This document shows, in pieces, positions 38,578 through 47,021 of a stretch of DNA of 64,000 nt; within the stretch, counting starts at the first letter, position 1; the number at the start of each line of letters is the position of its first letter. Location: the NCBI GenBank assembly GCA_034189385.1, contig JAXHVD010000001.1, positions 128,001 to 192,000 of the forward strand. Direction: 5' to 3'. Source of the stretch: Thermodesulfobacteriota bacterium. GTDB lineage: Bacteria > Desulfobacterota > Desulfobacteria > Desulfobacterales > C00003060. A program made the translations under genes and the position numbers. Below the pieces are notes generated by a model. It had not been told where the DNA came from and made no database searches. It saw nothing but the letters and a program-made list of their open reading frames with translations.

Positions 38578-38769
38578 GAGTCATCTCGGTTTTGGGAGAG
38601 ATTCGCAGCAGCCTCATGGGATATGTGCAAAGACCTTGTCCAGAGACCCTTGAACAACCCCTTCTCACTTGGTTCTGCAGGCTTTTTGATCGGCCAGGGC
38701 GGGCCGCTCACCCCGACGGAGTCTGGAATAGGTGCGCCGGAAAGGCCACAATGACCGTTTGAAAGAATT

Positions 38770-40059
38770 ATGCAAAAGTCCCCGTTTAGTAGGAGTTGCA
38801 GGTGCATGGAATCAGGGTACGATGGCAGGGTAGCGTCTGCATGCTTTACATGTAGTAATGAAAAGGGGATGGTTCTTGTTATTGCTCTCATCTTCACGTG
38901 CGTGTTAGCAATGCTGGGGACTACAGCTGTCATGACAACTACGACGGACGTAAAAATTGGGGCCAATTACAGGGATAGTGAGCAGGCGTTTTATACAGCC
39001 CAGGCGGGGGTCGAGGAGGCGACAGCAAGGTTGCGGGCTCAGGCTGTAGGTGCCATCAATGACCAGTTGCCTCTGGAAATAGGGTGGAGATCCTACATAG
39101 GGAGTATGGCAAAGGCCAGGGACAGAGGATACGATTCCACTAGCGACATGCACGAGCGATATGCGAGTCTTCAATCAGATCTTGACTATATGGTTGTGAT
39201 TAGACATCAAACCGATGCCCAGGGCCATATCATGTATTGGGGTGATGCTGACGGCAATGGTGCCAATGAGCGAAATACCATTTCAGGAGAGAATGTTTAC
39301 CTTGTCACAAGTTACGGCTCTTTCAGTGATTCGCACAAGACCATAGAGGTTGAGACAACAAGGGTGCCGCCCATTACAGTGCCGGCGGCTCTTTATGCAG
39401 GGGCCACAACAACCGTTCATGGCGGTGAGACGAACATTAACGGGACCGATGCTTGTGGAGGAACCGACAAGCCTGGGATTGTCACTACAGAGGCTGCGGG
39501 GTCTGTCACCACCAGCGGAGATCCTCATATCACAGGCGCAGGAGGCAGTGAGCCAGACATTGTGTACAACGGGAGGAACAGCGACATTGAATCAATTGTT
39601 GATTCTTTCAAGGAGTCGGCAGACTTCTCCTACAGAGTAGACAGTGCTACCCACACCGTGAACACGGCGCCTGGACCTGGAGAAGGATGGGGGGACCCTA
39701 TCCCCGGCCCCAGTCTTAAAGACCCTTACTCATGCACTGCCAACTATGTCGTTCATTATGACACAAATGGGACCTACGTCAGACTTGGCGATGGTGTCTC
39801 GGGGTGTGGCGTTCTTCTCATTGAGGGCGACTTGGAGATAGAGGGCAGCTTTTCCTGGTATGGCATTATTGCCGTGACAGGATCTGTTCTTTTTGGTGGC
39901 CCTGGAGACAGGAATATCACAGGTTCGGTAATGGCGGGGGAGGCGGCAGTTCTGGACGTTACGGGAGGCAGCACCAACATCGTCTATTGCAGTTCGGCAA
40001 TTACTGCACAGACCCAGAAGCTACCCCTAAGGCTTCTCAGCTGGAAGGAGGATATGTAG
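38770..40059 (+). CDS. pilX: PilX-like minor pilin (start uncertain)
   Basis: NEKGMVLVIAL (no Glu at +5), QAFYTAQAGVE, C-terminal LSWKE. Confidence 0.82.
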   Translation: MQKSPFSRSCRCMESGYDGRVASACFTCSNEKGMVLVIALIFTCVLAMLGTTAVMTTTTDVKIGANYRDSEQAFYTAQAGVEEATARLRAQAVGAINDQLPLEIGWRSYIGSMAKARDRGYDSTSDMHERYASLQSDLDYMVVIRHQTDAQGHIMYWGDADGNGANERNTISGENVYLVTSYGSFSDSHKTIEVETTRVPPITVPAALYAGATTTVHGGETNINGTDACGGTDKPGIVTTEAAGSVTTSGDPHITGAGGSEPDIVYNGRNSDIESIVDSFKESADFSYRVDSATHTVNTAPGPGEGWGDPIPGPSLKDPYSCTANYVVHYDTNGTYVRLGDGVSGCGVLLIEGDLEIEGSFSWYGIIAVTGSVLFGGPGDRNITGSVMAGEAAVLDVTGGSTNIVYCSSAITAQTQKLPLRLLSWKEDM

Positions 40060-40082
40060 CACAGATTGTGCTTGCAGTAAAG

Positions 40083-40664
40083 TCACTCCCACCAGTCAGG
40101 AAGGACACCCTTATTTTTGGCCTTTAGTTCCTTGGCAAGACCATGTAGTTTCTTGGAGATCGCTGTTATATCCTGAATAGCTTCTTGCTTTGCCTGCAAA
40201 TCTTTGCTGCCTGATGCTTCCCGAAATCTTTTTGTAGCTTCCTTCATTTCAGACTTAAGCAACAGCCTCTGATCCTTGAAGTCTTCGTAACGTGTCTCTT
40301 CATGTTTACCATTGGCCATGAAGTCCACTTTCACTTCCCCAATGCTGTTGTTGGCCGGCCCCTTTGCCGTTTTGCCAGGGATGATTGCGGATTCTTCATC
40401 AGCCTGCTGCGTTTTGCCAGCATGTCTTAAGAAGGCGTCTTCTTGGGCAGGGGGCCTATCTGATTCCCTAATGTTTCTGACAAGATGCATAGGTATGGCC
40501 ACAACGCCACCATGAAAATAAAATGCTATCTTTCCGTTATTCTTCCAATGAGAATCAACAACCACTTCACTTCCGCTTTCCAGCTCTATAACGTAGAATG
40601 GAAAACAGATGGAGGAAGAGGTCAGAAGCGACAGGATCGCTAGGGGCAGAACGGATACTTTCAT
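40083..40664 (-). CDS. Exported hypothetical protein
   Basis: Signal-like N-terminus, beta-rich domain, coiled-coil C-terminus ending LPDWWE. Confidence 0.7.
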   Translation of the reverse strand: MKVSVLPLAILSLLTSSSICFPFYVIELESGSEVVVDSHWKNNGKIAFYFHGGVVAIPMHLVRNIRESDRPPAQEDAFLRHAGKTQQADEESAIIPGKTAKGPANNSIGEVKVDFMANGKHEETRYEDFKDQRLLLKSEMKEATKRFREASGSKDLQAKQEAIQDITAISKKLHGLAKELKAKNKGVLPDWWE

Positions 40665-40936
40665 GAGCCATTTTCACCGATGGTTAAAATCTATTCCCTG
40701 ATCTTCCTAACCCTAAATCGAGGCAAAGTCAATACCGGGGGAGTGTCCAGACCACCTATTCCTATATCAGAGAAGGTGTACATACTCAATGGTTGTCTTC
40801 AGATTGGAAGAGGCGAACAGGAGCGTCTTATGGATTGATAAAGAAGAAAGGGATGTTTCTACAGCCCCGAATAGGGGGAAGACTATGTCCAGTGCAAACG
40901 TGAGAGGTGAACCGGCGGGCAGTTCATGCGAAGGCG

Positions 40937-41179
40937 CTAAGACTCACGGCGCGCCCACATACCGTGAGAATTGAGTTCTTGCTCCATGATATTTCCTATG
41001 GCCGTGGCGCATTCGAGTTCCTGTCGTTTCCCTTTTGGGCAGTAAATCGAGATGTTGCGGCCGTCGATGTCGACACGGTCTATGATACATCCCATTCGAG
41101 AAGTAACTACCGACACCACTTGGAGGAAATTCAGCTCCTCTTCTGTCATGTCATTTACCCGTCGCGTTGTGTTTCTCAT
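40937..41179 (-). CDS. Small hypothetical protein (start could be 41149)
   Basis: Protein-like GCII..VDIDGRNISIYCP...ECA pattern in an otherwise empty gap. Confidence 0.55.
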   Translation of the reverse strand: MRNTTRRVNDMTEEELNFLQVVSVVTSRMGCIIDRVDIDGRNISIYCPKGKRQELECATAIGNIMEQELNSHGMWARRES

Positions 41180-41489
41180 TTGTTACCCACAAAAACGCGA
41201 ATTTTCCATGCCAATTTCTCTCCAAAAATGGGACTTGCTATATTCTCTATCGGATCAGTGGTTGATAAACTGAAGAAAAAGATGAGCAGTATGCCATTCT
41301 TTATGATGATGACACAGCGGAAAAGATGCTAGAAAATGATGAGAGCAAATGGATAAAGAAAGGGAAAAAATAGCTATTCTAAATGGTTTCCATCGAATTT
41401 GCTTGGGGAAGAGGGTCCAAGGGTTGCGGCTTTCGCCTTAAAAAGATGCAAGGGGTGCAAGGGCCAAAAGGGGCGCCACTGGCATACGG

Positions 41490-42506
41490 TTAGTAAAAGC
41501 GCGCCATCACTCGGGAGATATCCTTTGCCGTGGCCACAACAGTAATCACTGTCAGCCCGGTTTTTTTTCGAAGGAGGTCTTGGGCGTAATACTTCGTAGG
41601 GTCAGCAACAGCGATGGTCAACACCTTTTCCTGAAAACTCAGAGGGATGATTCTCCACCGCTTAGCAAGATCTGCAGGCACCAGCTTCCGTAGCTGAGGA
41701 TCAATTGTCTGCCTGCCAATGTCAATGAAAGGGAGATTGTGTTGGAGGGCCAAGGCAATGCCGATCATCTTATAGGTGGCGCACCCCATATCCACCATGA
41801 TCTGGCCCAGTTTCCTGCCCCGCTTGCTTTCCTGAGCTTCCAGTGCTTCATCCAGTCGCCCCCGGTCAATGAAGCCCTGTTCCAAGAGAATGTTCCCGAT
41901 TTTCCTTTCATCTCTTTGTTTTTGGTGAGACAATCCTTGGGCCAATTGTGCATCGCTGATGGCCTGGCTTTTCACTAGGATTTCCCCGAGTCTGTTACCA
42001 CGGAGTTCCTCCTGCTTTTCCAGGGCACGCTCAATCATATCAGGTGTAGCCATGCCCTTTTCAACCAGAATGCCTCCCAACCGTTTGACGGAAACAACGT
42101 CACGTATGGCCGATATAGGAACATAGATGCGTTCTATGTCTGCGAGCGCCGTGGGAACCAGAAAAAGCACTCGACGGGTCCCCCCATAGCTCTGAGCCAC
42201 ACCACAAACCGTTTCGTCGTCTAGAAACCGGACGGTAACAAGTCTGGCAGTGGACGGGAATGTAACTTTGCCTCTTTTCGCACTTTGGTCGCGCAGAAAG
42301 GAGACCATCTTGACGTCGTCAAACCTGATCTGTCTAGCCGTCAGTTCTCCCCCGGCCTCCTTAAAGTGAAGCGAGAACGCTGGCCGTTGTGGATTCAAGT
42401 TGTGAATCTTTCCTCGCAGCTCTATCCCGTCCAAAAGGGAGACCACGGCTTCAGCGGCTACGGCGCCGCCCAGTAGTCTCGCCTGTCGCCCTGTACCAAT
42501 ACTCAT
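41490..42506 (-). CDS. Stand-alone MshEN/GspE N-terminal domain protein lacking the ATPase domain
   Basis: Four (R/K)(L/I)Gxx(L/M) units, IIPL...LTIAVADP; no Walker A. Confidence 0.82.
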   Translation of the reverse strand: MSIGTGRQARLLGGAVAAEAVVSLLDGIELRGKIHNLNPQRPAFSLHFKEAGGELTARQIRFDDVKMVSFLRDQSAKRGKVTFPSTARLVTVRFLDDETVCGVAQSYGGTRRVLFLVPTALADIERIYVPISAIRDVVSVKRLGGILVEKGMATPDMIERALEKQEELRGNRLGEILVKSQAISDAQLAQGLSHQKQRDERKIGNILLEQGFIDRGRLDEALEAQESKRGRKLGQIMVDMGCATYKMIGIALALQHNLPFIDIGRQTIDPQLRKLVPADLAKRWRIIPLSFQEKVLTIAVADPTKYYAQDLLRKKTGLTVITVVATAKDISRVMARFY

Positions 42507-42752
42507 CGCACTTCCGACTCCTTTTGCTGTGTATATGCCTGCCCGGCCAAGTGCTTACTCCACTGCGGAAACACAGTTACGTTCTATTGAAAAGGTGCTC
42601 CTTGCGTTGCCGACAGGAAGAGGCTTTGTCTCAGCCGCGAATATAGGGGAGAGGCAGTTGTGTGTCAACGGAAAAAGGCCCGCAACATATAGTGTTTCAG
42701 CCTATTCTTCCTGGTGTCAGAGTCCTTATTCGACTTCGGCGTAATTCTGCTT

Positions 42753-42835
42753 GGATACCCCGCAGGTTCTGCCTAATGGCACTGGTTCTGCCCGTTGGCA
42801 GTGCTAGCGCGGCGCGGGCCGGGGGGAGCTTCATT
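42753..42835. repeat. Palindromic REP-like element related to 12783-13002
   Basis: GGATACCCCGCAG...GGGGAGCTTCATT frame containing the reverse complement of 12913-12948 (34/36 identical). Confidence 0.65.
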
Positions 42836-43038
42836 GGACCTTGGACCTTCGGCAAGGACCCTTTGGTGGGTGGGGTAATTCGCTAGCGAAAAAGGTATAA
42901 GTGGCTTCCAAGGAAATGATGCTTCAATTCGCAGGGTGGGAGTCTTACCCTCTGGCTCCCAAAAGAGCGGAACCTGCACTCTGTGCCAACTTCCGATTCA
43001 TTATGCAGACAGTGCAGCCTTGTTCGGTCCGGCCATGA

Positions 43039-43068
43039 TTGACAATCCATTGCCGGCTGACGTATAAT
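43039..43068 (+). promoter_or_regulatory. Sigma70 promoter of the response regulator
   Basis: TTGACA-N18-TATAAT. Confidence 0.65.
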
Positions 43069-43157
43069 TTATAAAAGTAGGGGTAAGTCTACCTGGATCG
43101 ACTCTAACGGAAACGCTTATGGGACGGCAATAACGTTTTCCATTTTCTGGGCCAGGC

Positions 43158-43814
43158 ATGAACTCATCAGGGGTTGGATATCGTGTAGTGGTAGCAGACC
43201 ACCACGTCCTGTTTCGCCAGGGCCTGAAGCATATCCTTCAAACCCTGGAGGACCTGGAAATTGTGGGAGAGGCGGGTGACGGCCTCAAGGTACTGGAGCT
43301 CGTGCGGGAATCGCTTCCAGACATGGTGATACTGGACATATCCATGCCGGGCCTTGGGGGCATCGAGGCCACCCGGAAGATAAAGGCCATCGATAGTCAC
43401 GTCAAGGTATTAATCGTCACCACGCATAAAAGTGTTGAATATTTGAATTTTGCTATTCGGGCAGGGGCAAGCGGATACCTGTTGAAAGAAGATGGTGACA
43501 CAGAGCTCTTCTCTGCCATAAAGACCATTCGGCAAGGAGGGGTCTATATATCGCCGATCCTGTCCGTGGAATTGGCGGCCATTTTGGCGGAAGGGTCCTA
43601 TAAGGGTGAGACCATTGACCCTGAACCCTTGACGTTGCGTGAGACAGAGGTCTTAAAGCATATTGCTGAAGGTGAGACGAACAGAGAGATTGCCGTTTCC
43701 CTATGCATGAGCATCCACACTGTCCAACACCACCGCGGAAATATCATGCGAAAACTGAATCTCAGGAGAATGGCCGATTTGGTCCGATACGCCATCCGCA
43801 AAGGGTACGCTTAG
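43158..43814 (+). CDS. NarL/LuxR-family response regulator (no adjacent kinase)
   Basis: ILDISMPG, GASGYLLK, LTLRETEVLK..AEG.TNREIA. Confidence 0.93.
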   Translation: MNSSGVGYRVVVADHHVLFRQGLKHILQTLEDLEIVGEAGDGLKVLELVRESLPDMVILDISMPGLGGIEATRKIKAIDSHVKVLIVTTHKSVEYLNFAIRAGASGYLLKEDGDTELFSAIKTIRQGGVYISPILSVELAAILAEGSYKGETIDPEPLTLRETEVLKHIAEGETNREIAVSLCMSIHTVQHHRGNIMRKLNLRRMADLVRYAIRKGYA

Positions 43815-43923
43815 GCCATCTAGGTTTCATAGAGGTCCTAGGTACGGGGCCGATCAATTGTCTCGGTCCACATTCCCTTGCTAACCCTGGAGCGATCCGT
43901 GATCCATGCCCTGGTTTTGCCTT

Positions 43924-43950
43924 TAAGTTTTCCTTGAAGATGACCGATAT
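43924..43950 (+). promoter_or_regulatory. Sigma28 (FliA)-like promoter
   Basis: TAAG-N15-ACCGATAT. Confidence 0.55.
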
Positions 43951-44003
43951 AGATCATAGAGGACTACAAGAAGAGTCCATTTTCCCAAGGAAAAAGGGTC
44001 GAG

Positions 44004-44267
44004 ATGATCACCATTTCCCAATACCATCCCGTGACTCCAGAGCACACCAATCAGGTCGGCATGGCCCAGCTGCAGGAGAAACAGGATGAACGAAAAAAGA
44101 TAACCATACAAGATTCCAAAGAATCGGAGAAGCTTCGGTTTGAAAAAGAGAAAGATAAGCAGGAAAAACAGAAAAAGAAACGGAAATCTCAACCAGAAGA
44201 AGCCCACGTCCCAGGCGAAGAGAATGCCCAGCCTTCTCCAAAACGACTCTTGGACGTAACCGTCTAG
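44004..44267 (+). CDS. Small charged hypothetical protein
   Basis: K/E/Q-rich, ends LLDVTV; follows the sigma28-like promoter. Confidence 0.65.
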   Translation: MITISQYHPVTPEHTNQVGMAQLQEKQDERKKITIQDSKESEKLRFEKEKDKQEKQKKKRKSQPEEAHVPGEENAQPSPKRLLDVTV

Positions 44268-44492
44268 CCTTTTTTCTGACAGAAACCCACCTTCACCCAC
44301 ACACCATGGCAGAGCCTTTTGATGCGGTCCTTCAGATCGTCTCGGTCTGGGGCCTTTGACCGGCAAAGCGGCCTCCAAACCCAGAAGGGCGGACACCCCT
44401 GTGCTTCCCGAAGGGGAATGGTTATCCATCGGCAAGAGGCAATGGAAGCCATGACCTGGCCATCCAAACTGTACAATAAATAGGGGCCTCGT

Positions 44493-44526
44493 AAGAAAAA
44501 GATACAATATATTGTATCTTTTTCTT
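44493..44526. repeat. Perfect 34-bp palindrome
   Basis: AAGAAAAAGATACAATATATTGTATCTTTTTCTT equals its own reverse complement. Confidence 0.95.
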
Positions 44527-44611
44527 GCAAAGGATTCATGGGTTTGATATGCCGACGGTTCATCAAAAACATGCCACCAATCCCAGGTGAGTATTAGAAA
44601 GGAGGCCGTTT

Positions 44612-45496
44612 ATGAGAATCATTGCGAGTGCAAATCAGAAAGGTGGGTGTGGTAAAACAACGACAGCCATCAACCTGTCAGCTTCGTTAGCTGCAAGAGG
44701 CCAGAAGGTGCTGCTGATCGACTTTGACCCTCAGGCCCATGCCACCATGGGGCTCAGTATAAGGCCTTCCGATCTGAAAGGAACGATCTACGATGTCATG
44801 AAGCCGGGAACGAACGGGTTTGTGGGGCTTGACGACATCATTATCCCTGTCCGCGACAACCTCCACCTTGCCCCCTCCAATGCAATGCTCAGTGCCGTTG
44901 AGCAGGAGCTTTCAGGGGTGGATGGTAGAGAGAGCAGGCTTTTGTGTGTCATCGAGTCAGTGAAGAAAGCCTTTGATTATATTATCATTGATTGTCCCCC
45001 TAGTATTGGCCACTTGTGCTTCAATGCCCTTCGGGCCTGTAACGAGGTGATCATCCCTATTGACTTAAGCCTTTTCTCTCTTCGCGGTGTTTCCAAACTC
45101 ATGGAGATCGTGATCTTGCTAAAGGAGAAGCTCGGCGATGATATAGAAACACGGGCCTTGATAACCATGTATGACCACAGGACGCGATACGCCAGACATG
45201 TTTTGGAGAAGGTGAAGGAGGAATTTGGAGAGAACGTCTTTAGCACAGTCATTCGTTACAATATTCGTCTCAGAGAGACGGTGGATTCCGGCCTGCCCAT
45301 TGGAGAGTATGACAAGCATTCCATCGGCTATAAGGACTATGAAGACTTGGCCCAAGAGGTGATGCACTCAGGGACGGCAGATGTGGATCATATCCTCGAC
45401 ACGTTGAATGCGGCGCAAAGTTTCTTGCAGAAAAGGGATGACGCTGCCGACACTGCCCAAGAAGCACCGCGGAGTCAATGGTCGGTGCCTGTATAG
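44612..45496 (+). CDS. Orphan ParA/Soj-family ATPase
   Basis: ANQKGGCGKTTTAINL, IDFDPQ, IIIDCPP; no parB next to it. Confidence 0.92.
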   Translation: MRIIASANQKGGCGKTTTAINLSASLAARGQKVLLIDFDPQAHATMGLSIRPSDLKGTIYDVMKPGTNGFVGLDDIIIPVRDNLHLAPSNAMLSAVEQELSGVDGRESRLLCVIESVKKAFDYIIIDCPPSIGHLCFNALRACNEVIIPIDLSLFSLRGVSKLMEIVILLKEKLGDDIETRALITMYDHRTRYARHVLEKVKEEFGENVFSTVIRYNIRLRETVDSGLPIGEYDKHSIGYKDYEDLAQEVMHSGTADVDHILDTLNAAQSFLQKRDDAADTAQEAPRSQWSVPV

Positions 45497-45688
45497 GGCC
45501 TCTTCCCTTCCAGTAAAGTGCCCTGACGCCGAAGAGCGACGATTTCACAGCCCTGCCGTGGGCGCGTTTTTTTTCGTCTTCCACGACGGGTGAGAAAGGG
45601 ATCGAAAACCAAGCCCAATGCAACTTAGATCCGTGGAAATGGTTTCGGGTTGCATCCTTGTCGTATGCGCAAAGGAGATTGTGGGGAA

Positions 45689-46051
45689 ATGGCACAGAAA
45701 AGCCCTGTTCACGAGTTAGCAAGAATCTCTGACCTCTTTGTATCATCGAGTGACCAAGAAGAAATCGGCCCAACGGGCTTATACGAAGGCCAAGGGACCT
45801 GCTCGGACGAGGTGGGAGATGAATCAGAGGTGGAAGAAACTGTAACTGTTTGCAAAAGGATTGCATATTCCAACACGGAAAATGCCCAGGAGAAGATCAA
45901 GAGGTCTTTGTTCAAATACCTTGAGGAAGATTACATGATATGCCGTGTGGAGCTGAAAAAAACCAAGGAGATGTCCCTACCAGGGACCAAGAAAAGGACC
46001 CAAGAGGAGATCCTTATAGTCCTTAAGGACTCTCTCCCTCCAATAAATTGA
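45689..46051 (+). CDS. Hypothetical protein downstream of ParA
   Basis: ATG after AGGAG..GGGGA; protein-like composition. Confidence 0.6.
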   Translation: MAQKSPVHELARISDLFVSSSDQEEIGPTGLYEGQGTCSDEVGDESEVEETVTVCKRIAYSNTENAQEKIKRSLFKYLEEDYMICRVELKKTKEMSLPGTKKRTQEEILIVLKDSLPPIN

Positions 46052-46135
46052 ATAGCCTGAAAATCTGTGATACAGGACTATATGGGGCAATACCTTTTGG
46101 TCTTTGTGAACCAAAACATTCGGTGCCAGTGTCTT

Positions 46136-46741
46136 ATGAGATCTATTCTCGCCAATACTGGGTCCATGCTCTTGCCAGGAGTTCTGGCCCTTCTCATGGG
46201 AGTCTATACTTGCGGATATGCCTTTGAGAAGGACTCTCAGAAACCAACGACAAAAAGGGGGGAATTGGCAATGACCATGACAATCAGCTCACCGGCATTT
46301 CCGCCAAACGGGGAGATTCCTAAGCGCTATACCTGTGATGGCGAGGATATTTCACCTGCCTTGGATTGGTCAGGCCTGCCTGAAGGGGCCAAAAGCATGG
46401 TTCTGATTGTGGATGATCCTGATGCTCCAGATCCCGCGGCACCTAAGATGACGTGGGTCCACTGGGTGCTATATAACATCCCTTCCGAGGCCTCTGGATT
46501 AGCCGAAGGCGTTCGATCCGAAGATCTTCCCAAGGCCACCAAAGAGGGACTCAACGACTGGAAACGCACCGGATACGGTGGGCCCTGTCCGCCCATAGGC
46601 CGTCATCGTTACTTCCACAAGCTCTATGCTCTAGATATTGTTCTCCCAGATCTGGGCAAGCCGAACAAGAAGGAACTCGAAAAGGCAATGGAGGGAAATA
46701 TTCTAGCAAAGGCAGAGCTTGTCGGGACATATCAGCGTTAG
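46136..46741 (+). CDS. YbhB/YbcL (PEBP/RKIP) family protein (start uncertain)
   Basis: YTCDG.DISP.L.W, DDPDAP, WVHW, YGGPCPP.GRHRY. Confidence 0.92.
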   Translation: MRSILANTGSMLLPGVLALLMGVYTCGYAFEKDSQKPTTKRGELAMTMTISSPAFPPNGEIPKRYTCDGEDISPALDWSGLPEGAKSMVLIVDDPDAPDPAAPKMTWVHWVLYNIPSEASGLAEGVRSEDLPKATKEGLNDWKRTGYGGPCPPIGRHRYFHKLYALDIVLPDLGKPNKKELEKAMEGNILAKAELVGTYQR

Positions 46742-47021
46742 CAACACGCTTCTCGTTTTCAGCACGATTCCACCGTCCAGCACATCACAACCTTTCACAA
46801 ACCGACCGGATATTCTCGATAAACATGTGCGTTTTCTATATGTTACCTCTTGGAAAGGTGTCCATGGTTCCGATGACCTGGGCTAATCCACAATATCTTG
46901 TGCCAATTTCTCTTTGCCTTCTGCAATCCTGAAAGGTTTTAAATTTCCCGGTTTTCGTGATATTTCAATCGAATGGAACAGGTGTTGTATCGGGTTTTTC
47001 AAATTCCATGGTAAGTAGGCG

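Noticed and set aside
41195..41215. Sigma54 promoter candidates here and near 44570 and 46900
   Set aside because: The GG-N10-GC spacing is not met.
45497..45600. Frameshifted C-terminal domain of ParA (LPVKCPDAEE)
   Set aside because: Only a few residues loosely resemble a CBM48 start, with no further support.
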